A stretch of 63,755 nt of DNA, counting the filler, from Octopus bimaculoides (lineage: Eukaryota): assembly GCF_001194135.2 (NCBI RefSeq). It is 8 parts of 6 records of this genome, joined end to end, with 100 filler letters (N's around TTAATTAATTAA, not from the genome) between each part and the next. Parts side by side here need not be neighbours in the genome. Positions count along the whole stretch, not along the records: positions 1 to 14,652 come from NC_069003.1; positions 14,753 to 35,043 come from NC_069003.1; 6 more parts are not named here. One strand, 5' to 3'. Below, in pieces: positions 11,101-23,342 of this stretch (position 1 is the stretch's first letter; each line of letters begins with the position of its first letter). Both the position numbers and the translations under genes were made by a program. The notes under the pieces are model-generated. The model worked only from the letters and a program-made list of their open reading frames with translations. It was not told the DNA's origin and did no database searches.

Positions 11101-11957
11101 TATGAAGGGCCTTTCTAAATCTTTAAAATATATATAAAAGATCCTCATATTTTTCATCTTTTAGATTCCTGTAAAACCAACCTCTGGTGACCTTACGTGT
11201 AGTTTTACATACAACACATTTAACAACAACGACGACGACGACGAAAACAACAACAACAACAACGTTTGTGTACAGAATTCGTTTAAGGTAAGTGTTTCAA
11301 ATGGTGCAGATTAATCCCAATCGTTTGCAGGTCTATTTTGAAATAAGAGGACCTTTGGCATGAACCATTTTTAATTAAGAGGACATACATGGAAATATTA
11401 TGTGATGGAACCATACGTCGCTCTCTGTTAAAAGCTATTACTGAGACGTCATAGGAAAGAAGATAATGTATTGAAACCTTGCCGTAGCTGTGGAGGTTTT
11501 CCTTGTGATTTCTAAGGGTCAAATGGAAGCAACCTTCGCAGGCGCATGCAACGCGATCTCTTTCATGGGGAGAAGTAGAGGAAATGGTATAAACCAAGCA
11601 AGTATGTCATGATTGTTTATATAGCAAGTTTTGGTTTAAATTGGACAGTTAGAAGCAAGATAATTATTTGTTTCTGCCTAGCTTCTACAAACTGAACATA
11701 ATATGTAGTCTACGTTTCAAAATCTACTCCAATGTCTGTGTATATTTTGTAGTTCAAGGGGTCAAAGGATTGATTTAATTTTATCTTCTCTCGCAATCAG
11801 AACACCTTCGAGCTTAACTAGGAGTCCTCGGCTTCTAAGCCATTGTTAAGAGTTTCCTTGGCCACTTCCTCAACTGCTTCCACTTTGCCCCTTCTCTTTG
11901 AGTGTTGCCATATCGTTATTTTAATTGATGAAAGTTCGAGACAAATAAGAGATTTAC

Positions 11958-12069
11958 CTTTTGTCGATCATGGTCATCTTGTCGTTCTTCTGGAAACTGA
12001 GTTCATTGTTTCGTCCTGTGTAGTCGTAGAGTCCAATGAGGACTTCACCTCCCGCATTATTTGTAGTCT
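11958..12069 (-). CDS. Src64B-like: Src-family tyrosine kinase, coding exon (SH3 N-half): x-TTNNAGGEVLIGLYDYTGRNNELSFQKNDKMTMIDK-S
   Basis: Manual minus-strand translation gives the SH3 ALYDY-type motif (GLYDY) and ELSF. Acceptor ..ccgacAG (AG at 12071-12070), donor AG|GTAAAT. 112 nt, phase 1 to phase 2, joins the next exon as AG+C = Ser. An alternative acceptor 2 nt downstream (cagAG) is possible. Confidence 0.9.
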
Positions 12070-12085
12070 CTGTCGGATAATAATG

Positions 12086-12141
<56 letters not shown>

Positions 12142-12144
<3 letters not shown>

Positions 12145-12429
12145 GGAAATAGAGGTAACTCGAATGTGGAATCTAAAAACAGAAACAATTCCTATTATAG
12201 TAGGTGCCTTAGGTATAATAAAAAATATTCAGACAAATACATAACAAAAACACCAGGACTTACAAATATATATAGGCATACAGAAAATTGCACTACTGGG
12301 CACTGCACACATCCTACGCAAAACACTTTCAATACAGTAACCATAAGAACACCATAGCATATAGCCAAGGCACACAGAGCTGCACTCGGTAGTGAAGTGA
12401 AAGCACGTTATAAAAATAAAACTACTGAA
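12142..12429 (+). mobile_element. 3'-end fragment of R4/Dong-like RLE LINE inserted in (AAT)n
   Basis: Translates LEIEVTRMWNLKTETIPIIVGALGII..KIALLGTAHILRKTLSIQ* (with indels), a typical RLE-LINE C-terminus. (AAT)n on both flanks. Confidence 0.85.
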
Positions 12430-12620
12430 TAATAATAATATTTCAAAACGATTAATGTAACTCTTCACAAAGGGAAATAAACAATACGAAGAGCACGATG
12501 CGATTGCAATACATATTTTATTGGTTGAACGATATTTAGACAGCTAGCGTGACTTTGCGGAGTTCAAAATGAAAAGTGATGGAATGACATCATCAGTTTT
12601 CAAATTTCAAGTTTACAACT

Positions 12621-12998
12621 AGGTGCAGGAGTGGCTGCGTGGTAAGTAGCCTGCTTACCAACCACATGGTTCCGGGTTCAGTCCCACTGCGTGGCACCTT
12701 GGGCAAGTGTCTTCTATTATAGCCTCGGGCCGACCAAAGCCTTGTGAGTGGATTTGGTAGACGGAAACTGAAAGAAGCCCGTCGTATATATGTATATATA
12801 TATGTGTGCTTGTGTGTCTTGACAACCGATGCTGGTGTGGTTACTTCGCCGTAACTTAGCGGTTCGGCAAAAAGAGACCGATAGAATAAGTACTAGGCTT
12901 ACAAAGAATAAGTCCTGGGGTCGATTTTCTCGACTAAAGGCGGTGCTCCAGCATGGCCGCAGTCAAATGATTGAAACAAGTAAAAGAGTAAAAGAGTA
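12621..12998 (+). mobile_element. Full-length tRNA-derived SINE, family A
   Basis: A-box tggctgcgtgg, B-box ggttcagtccc, ccttgggcaagtgtctt core-like segment, internal (TA)/(TG) tract, (TAAAAGAG)n tail. Many other copies occur in the window. Confidence 0.9.
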
Positions 12999-13044
12999 AC
13001 TGGTAAAAAGAAAAAGAAAGAAAAAAAACGAAAAGGCAAGAAAA

Positions 13045-13645
13045 AAGAAGAATATTTAATCAAACAGTTTTGTGTAAATATAATGAACGTCTGCCATTTT
13101 ATTCATTCCATCAAGGCGTGATGCTAATAACCTGCAAACATAATTCTCCTCATGCATTTTGAATTCTGAAAGTGTAGCAGATTCAGAATATTTTCTGAGA
13201 ATATGCACTTTCAAGTTTTTTCAAAATTGCAGCCGTTTGATGCAAAATGTTGGGCAAGTTTTGTCGAGCTACTCTTATTGCGCCTGACGTCATATCTGTG
13301 CCCATTGAATCTTTTGTTTAATTGTTCTGTTGTACAACCGACGTAAATTGTGTTTGGTACATTCGGCTGCGTACACCAAATGGAAATCTCTACACGTCCC
13401 ATCTTCCGTGTAAATAATAACATTTTTGTTATGATTCCTGATGGAATTCATTTGACTCATGTTGTTGCACAATGAACAGGGCTTATCTCTCTTGCGGCTG
13501 TTTTTCAAGGTACAGCGTGCAAAAACTCCGATGTTAGTTTTCTTGGAGTCAGAAGTAGAAATTAATAGTTCCCTAATATTTTTATTCCTTCTAAAGGTTA
13601 CAATAGGCGGCTGAGGAAATATTTGTCTGTTGTGAGTATATGAAT
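13045..13645 (-). mobile_element. Penelope-like element remnant (GIY-YIG endonuclease region), frameshifted and 5'-truncated
   Basis: PPIVTFRRNKNIRELL linker, CxxC, VYAAEC..IYVGCTTEQLNKRFNGHRYD (GIY-YIG-type YVG, R, H), and C-terminal ..RLDGMN-like end. Confidence 0.85.
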
Positions 13646-13649
13646 AATG

Positions 13650-13718
<69 letters not shown>

Positions 13719-14042
13719 GCCTGGATGCAGTACCATGCAGTAGCCCTCATGGTTTCTGATCTAAACTGATTGGAAGTGTTGTCATGTACATTGTTTTGTC
13801 TTGGTATAAAAGATGGGCTACAGAAAATATTCTGATCGATATCACAAATTTGCTTGTCAGTTGTTTGACCATAACCAGTTATCAAGGGTCCAGCAGAAAG
13901 CCGCCCAGAGAGCGGTCTTTCTGCTAGCATATATAATGTTAATATGTATAATATATAATATAAGAGAAATAATCAGAGAAAGACTTGAAAGTCAACGTAA
14001 GATCGTAATACTTCATGTAAAGTAAAGTAAATATAGCAAACA

Positions 14043-14228
14043 ATACAGGATCCTTGTCTGGTACAGGATCGATCCCAAAATCTAATCAGTTCATGCCAGT
14101 CACGAGGCCAAAAATTGCAGAAAGTTTCATCCTAATCTATCCAGTGGTTCTTGAGATATCTTGTCCACGGACAAACAAACAAACACGACTGAAAACAACA
14201 CCTCCGCTTTAGCGAAGGCGGAGGTAAT
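14043..14228 (+). mobile_element. Helentron/DINE-like non-autonomous element (tentative)
   Basis: ..aaagtttcatcctaatctatccagtggttcttgagatat..acaaacaaacaaac.. body ending in a GC-rich 3' hairpin acctccgc/gcggaggt. Confidence 0.5.
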
Positions 14229-14316
14229 AATAATGATAGCAAGAAGACGAAGGGGAGGAGAAGGGGCCGATTAAAGCCTTGTGAGTGGATTTGGTAGGCA
14301 GAAACTGAGAGAAGCC

Positions 14317-14544
14317 GGTGAGCTGGCAGAAACGTTGGCACGCCGGGCGAAATACTTAGCGGTATTTCGTCTGCCGTTACGTTCTGAGCTAAAATCTGCC
14401 GAGGTTGACTTTGCCTTTCATCCTTTCGGGGTCGATAAATTAAGTACCAGTTACGCACTGGGGTCGAAGTAATCGACTTAATCCCTTTGTCTGTCCTTGT
14501 TTGTCCCCTCTATGTTTAGCCCCTTGTGGGCAATAAAGAAATAA
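14317..14544 (+). mobile_element. tRNA-derived SINE, family B, nested in a family-A SINE with a 16-bp TSD
   Basis: TSD gaaactgagagaagcc (14301-14316) / gaaactaaaagaagcc (14545-14560). Each differs by one base from family-A gaaactgaaagaagcc. Confidence 0.85.
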
Positions 14545-14565
14545 GAAACTAAAAGAAGCCTGTCG

Positions 14566-14599
<34 letters not shown>

Positions 14600-14652
14600 C
14601 GTGTGGAGACAGACACACACAGACACACAGAACTGCTTGACAACCGGTGTTG

Positions 14653-14752
14653 NNNNNNNNNNNNNNNNNNNNNNNNNNNNNNNNNNNNNNNNNNNNTTAA
14701 TTAATTAANNNNNNNNNNNNNNNNNNNNNNNNNNNNNNNNNNNNNNNNNNNN
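14653..14752. other. Artificial scaffold join: 44 N + TTAATTAATTAA + 44 N (also linkers at 35088, 41979, 48936, 54605, 58324, 61298)
   Basis: An identical 12-mer (stop codons in all six frames) centred in an N run, seven times; the 44+12+44 size was counted directly for the first two. Confidence 0.95.
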
Positions 14753-14876
14753 ATATATCTACATTTATATATATATATATACAGATAGATATATACGTAT
14801 ACATACACACACACACACACATATATATATGCAGATATATATTTATATATACACACACGCATATGTTTATATATAA

Positions 14877-14922
<46 letters not shown>

Positions 14923-16549
14923 GAGTGTGTATCATACATTCTCATATATACACAGCATGTTTACCTCGTCCAACTACATTAATGTGTGTGTATGTGTGCT
15001 TACATGTGTGTACATGCATGCACGTGAGTATGTATACTTAATATGTCTGTTACACGCATGTTTACATCATATTCTTCACTCAAGCCACACTGCAACACCT
15101 GCTCCTGCGCCTCCCCCTCACTCTGCACTCTCCCTCCAACTGTAACTATATAACTTTTTACGCCAAAATCAGAATAGCTCAGTATTATTATTACCCTTAC
15201 ACATGCGCGCGTGCGCAAGTGCACGCACTCGATTTCAAACCACGTGGTTTCTGGCTCAATCCCACCGCTTGGCACCTTAACCCTCTACCAATCAGATTAC
15301 TCTGTCAAATGTAATACTTTTATTCATATTGCGGATCCTTTCATTTTTCAATTTCTTCAGTTTTATTCCAAATAATTTCAAATTTTGTGTATTGATGTAG
15401 TTTTGTATGCTAATTATTGAAATGCAATTCGTCTTTGTCACGAGAGCTTCATAACGTGATTGTATACTTTTAGAACGAAATTGTAGGGTAAGTGTGACGT
15501 TGAACTGGCCAGTTTGAACCTAAACCAGGTAGAACAGTTGATTCTGATATGGCCAGTTGAAATGCTAAATTCGACCAAATATATTGTGTAAAAATTTGTT
15601 AGATTTGTGTATGTGTGTATGCATATATAAAATATTCTATGTATGTATATGGGGTGCGGGTAGATGGGCAGAATCGTTCGAGCTTGTTAGGAACGGAAAT
15701 GCTCTCCTTGTGGAATTTCTTCAGGCCCATAACGTCGTGAGGTCGTGAGTTCAAATTCCGCCGAAGTAAAACTTGCTTGTCTGCATTTCGGTGTCGATGT
15801 GATGGCCTTTTGCCTAAATTAGAAACACATGCACACAAGATAGATAGATAGATAGATACATAGAGAGAGAGAGAGAGAGAGAGAGGAGGGAGAGAGAGAG
15901 AGAGGTACCAGTGTAACGAAACTCTCGTCCCATGAGTTACTCTGTAACTTCTGCTGATTATTATAATTATCAATAATAATTTATTTCGTTTTTGTGTTAT
16001 CAATACTGGCATGACTCTCCCTAATAAAATAATAACAAAATAATAATAATAATCTGTATGTATATATGTCTGTATGTTATATGCAGGGATGGTAATTATT
16101 ATTATTATTATTTTGTCAAATAAACACATGTACTACAGTGTGTGTTTATTAAAAAAAAAAAAAGACCATCCCGAAATATTATACAATATCTGTTTCAACA
16201 CATGATTTCACATCAGGAATCTTGCAAAACAAACACATAAACGTGTGTGTGTGTGTGTGTGTGTGTGCGCGTGCGTGTATGTGTATTAGGAAATTAATAT
16301 AGCCAGCAGTATGCACTTTTACCATATATATATATATATACTACTCACGTTCTAGTTGTTTTTCTGATTGTGTCAACAAACCTATCCAACTACATCTGTC
16401 TGTCTGTTTACCTATCCAACTATATCTGTCTGTCTGTTTACCTATCCAACTATATTTATCTATCTATCTATCTATCTATCTGTTGTATGTATGCATGGTT
16501 ATATATATTTATGGGTGCATAAATATATATTGTTTATATACATACATAA

Positions 16550-16580
<31 letters not shown>

Positions 16581-16587
16581 CTATTTG

Positions 16588-16911
16588 ACTTGTTGCAGTC
16601 ATTTGACTGCGGCCATGCTGGAGCACCGCAAATCGACCCCAGGACTTATTCTTTGTAAACCTAGTACTAAGTTACGGGGACATAATTGTCAAGCGATGTT
16701 GAGGGGGGGGGGACAAACACAGACACACACAGAGACATACATATACATATATACGACAGGCTTCTTCCAGTTTCCGTCTACCAAATCCACTCACAAGGCT
16801 TTGGTCGGCCCGAGGCTATAGTAGAAGACACTTGCCCAAGGTGCCACGCAAGTGAGACTGAACCCTGAACCATGTGGTTGGAAAACGAGCTACTTACCAC
16901 ATAGCCACTCC
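16588..16911 (-). mobile_element. SINE family A (internally deleted copy)
   Basis: Reverse complement similarity to 12621-12998. Confidence 0.85.
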
Positions 16912-17435
16912 NNNNNNNNNNNNNNNNNNNNNNNNNNNNNNNNNNNNNNNNNNNNNNNNNNNNNNNNNNNNNNNNNNNNNNNNNNNNNNNNNNNNNNNNN
17001 NNNNNNNNNNNNNNNNNNNNNNNNNNNNNNNNNNNNNNNNNNNNNNNNNNNNNNNNNNNNNNNNNNNNNNNNNNNNNNNNNNNNNNNNNNNNNNNNNNNN
17101 NNNNNNNNNNNNNNNNNNNNNNNNNNNNNNNNNNNNNNNNNNNNNNNNNNNNNNNNNNNNNNNNNNNNNNNNNNNNNNNNNNNNNNNNNNNNNNNNNNNN
17201 NNNNNNNNNNNNNNNNNNNNNNNNNNNNNNNNNNNNNNNNNNNNNNNNNNNNNNNNNNNNNNNNNNNNNNNNNNNNNNNNNNNNNNNNNNNNNNNNNNNN
17301 NNNNNNNNNNNNNNNNNNNNNNNNNNNNNNNNNNNNNNNNNNNTTCATCGCAATGAAAACCGGTTAGAAAAAATCTTAATTAAATTATGCTCCCAGTTCA
17401 GCATTCTGGCTTTTTTACATTTTCCTATATATATG

Positions 17436-17470
<35 letters not shown>

Positions 17471-18212
17471 ATAAGCAAATATAAGTAAATACACACGTAT
17501 GCATGTAAACACTATTGTGGAAAAAAAACGCGACCTTGTCGAAAAAAAAATGCTAACTAAACGGACACTTTAAATAAAAACAGAAAAATAAAACCACGTA
17601 ACTACATATTTACGTGAACCACGACAACAACAACAACATAAAATACTTGTTTAGTTTCGTGTTGTGTATGTATTCCATCGCGGGGTTACGGTGATATAAA
17701 AGTTATTAGTGAAGACATGTTCACCTCCCGCCACCTTCTTTAACAGATAATTACATAAGATATTATAAAGCATGTGGTCGGAGTAGGCGTGGCTACAGTG
17801 ATTTTGGCGGGAAACTATGGCTGGTATGTCCTAAATTTGCTGTGGCAGCTGCTTGTTTATGTGAAGCTCAGCTTGGATTACTTGTTTACTGGAGATTATT
17901 ATATAGGAAGGAAGGGAGGATGTTTACTGCGTTTTAGTTGTGTTTTTATTATAAGCGGAAAATAACATAGAGGACAGGCAGACAGGCAGGGAGATAGATA
18001 GATAGATAGACAGATAGATAAGATAGATAGATGACAGACTATGTAGTTGAAGCAAGATTCAACTTGATGTAGTTAAGCAATAAATTATGATTACTTTTAA
18101 TTAGTTAAATTTACACCTAGAATGATGAATAATAATCATAGATTGATAGATATATGCATATATACACATCTATCCTTATACATACATATACACATGCATA
18201 TATAAACACAGA

Positions 18213-19735
18213 TATCGTCGTCAGCTCCAGCTCATATCCGAGCGTTGGGTTCGTCAATTTTCATCTAGTCTCCTCGGCTGATGTTTGTGTCGAAAGTGAC
18301 TTTGGAGTTCAAGTCGGTGGTGAAAGAGTCGTGGGCAGAACTCGCACGGTATGATCGGTGCAAGTCGAGGATGTTGAAGACACTCCTTTCTTCTCCTGCG
18401 TTTTGCCTCCTCAATCTGTTGTTGTCTGTTCTGTTCGAAGGAGCTGGCTCCTTTGCGGATAGCAGTCCTCCAGGTTGTCCTATCTATGGCAATCTGTTCC
18501 CATGAGGATGGCTGAATGTTAGCTTGAGCCAAGGTCCGTTTGAGCTGGTCTTTAAAAAACAAAATTTCGGACCTCCTCTGGGTCTTGTTCTGATTGCAAG
18601 TTCTCTGTAGAGCATGATCCTTGGAAGACGAGAGGGCTCCATACGCTGGACGTGACTTGCTCAGCGGAGATGATGGCGAAGAATGGTGGCTTCGACACTT
18701 GATAGTGAGGCGCGGCGAAGAACCTCGTTGTTGGTAACGTGATCTTCCCATTGTAAGTAGCTTCGATTGCTGGAAGTTACGGCGGTACAACGTCGAAGTC
18801 TCACTAGAGTAGAGTTGACAGGACAATGGCACGGAAGACCATGATCTTTGTCCGGATGGTCAGCGCGTGATTGAAGAATACACGTTGGCTGAATCTACCG
18901 AGGCGGAATGGGCCACCTCAATCCAGTTCTCCACGTCCTTTTCACACGTGTGTGTGTGTGGGGGGGGGTCTTCGAANNNNNNNNNNNNNNNNNNNNNNNN
19001 NNNNNNNNNNNNNNNNNNNNNNNNNNNNNNNNNNNNNNNNNNNNNNNNNNNNNNNNNNNNNNNNNNNNNNNNNNNNNNNNNNNNNNNNNNNNNNNNNNNN
19101 NNNNNNNNNNNNNNNNNNNNNNNNNNNNNNNNNNNNNNNNNNNNNNNNNNNNNNNNNNNNNNNNNNNNNNNNNNNNNNNNNNNNAGTATGTGAAGTGTTC
19201 AACTTCTTCTAGGGGCTGGCCGTTGATGCTAATATTTGTGGGTGGACTGTTCTGGCCTTGTGCAAGTTGGATCAGAGTTTTGGTCTTTAATGTGTTTACT
19301 TGCATCCCGAAGCGTTCGTCAGCCGCGTTGTAAAGATTGTCCGTCCTTTGTAGGCGGTCCGGCTCGGAGTGGCATTGTTGTCGGCATACTGCATCTCATC
19401 GACTGAGATGGCAGAGGTCCTCGTTTTTACACGGAGACGTGCGAGATTGAAGAGTCCGCCATCCAAGCGATAGCGCATGTTGATGGAACGCGAGTCTAGT
19501 GGGATTTCGTTGAACATGGCGGCCATATACAAAGAGAAACAGGTTGGTGATAGGACGCATCCTTGCTTAAGACCCCCAGTGATGAGAAACGGGTCTGTGA
19601 GGGCATTTTGATGGCATACCCTACCCATCAGGGCAATGAAGTACTCTGGACATCCAAACCGAGCAAGGATGGCCCACATTGCAGGACAGGGGACCTTGTC
19701 AAAGGCTTTCTTTAGATCCCAGAATTTGAACATTG
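18213..19735 (-). mobile_element. 5'-truncated, degenerate RTE (BovB-like) LINE: RT and C-terminal domain
   Basis: DLKKAFDKV, GLKQGCVLSPTCF and QYADNN RT motifs. C-terminal WEQIAIDRTTWRTAI and C2H2-like CEFC..HFRHKH. Frameshifts, stops and an internal gap. Confidence 0.88.
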
Positions 19736-20479
19736 TAGGTTGTTGTTGTTCCTGAACATTGTAGGTTGTTGTTGTGACTATGACATAATATACAAAATGA
19801 CTCATTACATAACCTAAACCTCCACACTGACTCATTTCACAAGCTCCACATAATAAAACAACGGCTATCTAGTCCAACGAAAATGCTTTTTCTTGTATTT
19901 GTTGCTCCATTCTCCAAGTAAANNNNNNNNNNNNNNNNNNNNNNNNNNNNNNNNNNNNNNNNNNNNNNNNNNNNNNNNNNNNNNNNNNNNNNNNNNNNNN
20001 NNNNNNNNNNNNNNNNNNNNNNNNNNNNNNNNNNNNNNNNNNNNNNNNNNNNNNNNNNNNNNNNNNNNNNNNNNNNNNNNNNNNNNNNNNNNNNNNNNNN
20101 NNNNNNNNNNNNNNNNNNNNNNNNNNNNNNNNNNNNNNNNNNNNNNNNNNNNNNNNNNNNNNNNNNNNNNNNNNNNNNNNNNNNNNNNNNNNNNNNNNNN
20201 NNNNNNNNNNNNNNNNNNNNNNNNNNNNNNNNNNNNNNNNNNNNNNNNNNNNNNNNNNNNNNNNNNNNNNNNNNNNNNNNNNNNNNNNNNNNNNNNNNNN
20301 NNNNNNNNNNNNNNNNNNNNNNNNNNNNNNNNNNNNNNNNNNNNNNNNNNNNNNNNNNNNNNNNNNNNNNNNNNNNNNNNNNNNNNNNNNNNNNNNNNNN
20401 NNNNNNNNNNNNNNNNNNNNNNNNNNNNNNNNNNNNNNNNNNNNNNNNNNNNNNNNNNNNNNNNNNNNNNNNNNNNNNN

Positions 20480-20544
<65 letters not shown>

Positions 20545-21860
20545 TATGCACGCGCACGCGTGTGTGTACACTTTATTTTGAATCATGCATTGAATTCTGT
20601 TCCTACAAAAGTGTATGTGAATCTCTGCGCGTGTATTATAAGATATTTAATCAGATAAAAGGAGATAGATAATCTCCACAAATAAGTAGTAAACACTAAT
20701 ACCGTATAATCCAAGGAAAGTGTCACTAGATGGTCGCTCAACTTACTGCGTACGAATAGCAGCCAAATATCACTATACGTCGTTACCACCGAACAAAAAA
20801 AAAATAGAATAGATAAATAGGACATTCTAGATGATATAGTCTTAGATACCCACCACATAAAGGAAGATGGTCACGGCTGGCATGGCTTTGATCCTAGTTC
20901 TACTCGACCAATGAGGACACGCACGGGGTGTCTTTTGTCATTGGTTTGGAGATATTATAGGTCACACAACCTACTCGAAATAGTAGCTAAATCTCCAAAT
21001 TGCCGTAAATTTGAAAGAAAGACAATTTGAAATGGCGTATTCTTAAATGCATACAGCTTTAAAAACACGACAGATTGGATCTTATTGACAGGGAGCTATC
21101 ATGGGTCGCTCAATCTGCTAAAAATAACGCCTTGTGTTAAGCAGTTACAATATGAGCTACAGTAGATGTCTGCAATTCATAAACAATCAATGTTTCTATT
21201 CTCATTCAGAGTACACCCCACCTCGTTGTCCCATAATTCTATAGAGTACATTAACAGGATAGATGTATGTGCATTTGTGTGTGTGCGCAGCAGATGTCAG
21301 GGTGAGGATGTTACGAGGTTGTCAGTCATTTTTATTATGTATGGATCCCATTGATTACTATTCTATACTGGTGGACCCCCATAGCCATTCGATATTTAAC
21401 AACTAGTTTTATAGATACTTTTTTTCAAAATTCCTATTTAAGTTTTTCACGCATTAATACTGAGAGGGTGGTCTGCCCCGGGCGGCACCACTTTTGGGTC
21501 TGCTGTAGGCAATTTGTTTTTTTTTGNNNNNNNNNNNNNNNNNNNNNNNNNNNNNNNNNNNNNNNNNNNNNNNNNNNNNNNNNNNNNNNNNNNNNNNNNN
21601 NNNNNNNNNNNNNNNNNNNNNNNNNNNNNNNNNNNNNNNNNNNNNCAAATTGAAGGGCTGCTCCGGGCGGCACACACTCTAGCTACGCTAGTGCACATTA
21701 ACTTGTGTACGTCGAACTTTGTAAAACCACCGAAAAAGAAGCCTAGCTGTTTCTTACAGTAAATACATTTAAAGCAAATTTTTTTCATGGGCCTTTGCTG
21801 AACTATGTGTTGATTCGCAGTTTACTATTTTACATGCATGGACTTCCAAAAGTCTTACGT

Positions 21861-22406
21861 CAGGGGTTCTCCACCATTTTTTAATCTATGGATCTGTCTA
21901 ATTACTACTTTACTCTAGTGGACCCCCATAGCCATTCGGTGTTTAAAAACTAGTTTTACAGATTCTTCTTTCGAAATCCCTATTTTGTTTTTCACACATT
22001 AACTGGTGTAGGTTGAACTTCATAAAATGTCTGCAAAAGAAACCTAGCTGTTCCTTGCAATAAGTATATCTTGCAATAAGTATTTCATGGACATTTAATA
22101 CATGCGCGTCGCTAAGGGTGTGCACTGGGCGGCACTGCTCCTTCACTATTCAATGATGCACCCTCAGGTTTGCAGGGACACACTTACTTCGAAACTCCAC
22201 TTTAGCATTATTAGAAATTAATACCCACCCAGAATATTCTGAAGCACACCTAGGTACCTGGGTGTGCTTCAGACTACTCTGACAGGCCTGCTTTAAGGAG
22301 ATAATGTAGGTCTCCAATTTACTATTTTGTTTGCGTGGAGCCCCCTCCCCAAATCTTATGTGGACCCCGCCCCTCGGGTCATGTGGACCCCGGTTGAGAA
22401 TCACTG
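21861..22406. mobile_element. hAT/Charlie-type MITE; a diverged partial copy lies at about 21345-21790
   Basis: Left end caggggttctccacc versus reverse complement of right end cagtgattctcaacc (12/15). No intact TSD. Confidence 0.55.
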
Positions 22407-23034
22407 ACTAACAGATTAGTAGGGTAGACGTGAAACGAACCCCGTAACACTATCTCTGCCATGGTGGTGACCATCAACATCGATGCCCAGTGAAAAGGAG
22501 AGTCAACGAACTGATGGTAAGGGTAATGGTGGTGTAGCCATTAGGTTGTCGCACTTCTTTGCTAGAAAACGCAGCTAAAGTTGCTTTGCAAATTACACAC
22601 CATGTGTTTTACATAAAGGACAAAATAGTGTATTTCCGGACACATGCATTATGTTTGAAAACAAGATGTGATTGTCACAGATGGAGTGTCTTTGATCATT
22701 GGCATGGAGCTATTATGGGTTACTCAATGTGCTAGAAATAGTAGGTGATCTCCTCCAAAATGAGTGTGCGTTTTTGACCCCCACCACCGCTTGACAACCG
22801 GTGTTGGTATGTTCATGTCCTTGTAACTTACCGGTTCAGCAAAAAGAGACCGATCGAATAAGTACCAGGCTTAAAAAAATAACAATCAGTCGACTTAAAA
22901 ATTCTTGAAGGCGGTGCCCCAGCATGGCCGCAGTGGAATGACTGAAACAAGTAAAAGGTGGCGAGATATATTATTCCTACTTTTCATAAATTGTAATAAA
23001 TATTTTATTCTGATATTGAACATTTTTGAAAGGG

Positions 23035-23342
23035 TAAAGACCCCCTTCAGTCACGAATGACCATGGGATTGCACCTAGAAAGTTTCCCCTCCGAGGCACA
23101 AGTCCAGGTAAGGTTATTATTTATGGAAGACTAGCAGTCGTCCATGCATACCAGCTTCCTTCTGCATGACACCAATGTTATCCAAGGGAAAGGCAAAGGC
23201 CGATACTCAACTCATTTCTACAGCTGAGTGAACTGGGACATGAAATAAAGTGTCTTGCTCAAGAACACAGCACACGGCCCGGTCTGAGAATCGAACTCAC
23301 AACTACATGATTATAAGCCCGATGCTCTAACCACTGAGCCAT
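23035..23342 (-). mobile_element. tRNA-derived SINE, family C
   Basis: Minus strand begins ggctcagtggttagagcatcggg..gagttcgattc (A/B boxes), followed by a gtgttcttgagcaagacacttt core. Related heads at about 24560-24680 (+) and 43390-43510 (-). Confidence 0.75.

Noticed and set aside
14697-14708. TTAATTAATTAA as a biological motif or repeat
   Set aside because: It always sits centred in an N block, which marks it as an assembly linker.
15599-16129. ORF containing MGLKKFHKES.. as a candidate myristoylated Src N-terminus
   Set aside because: It is the antisense of a decayed family-B SINE, and no phase-compatible donor was found.
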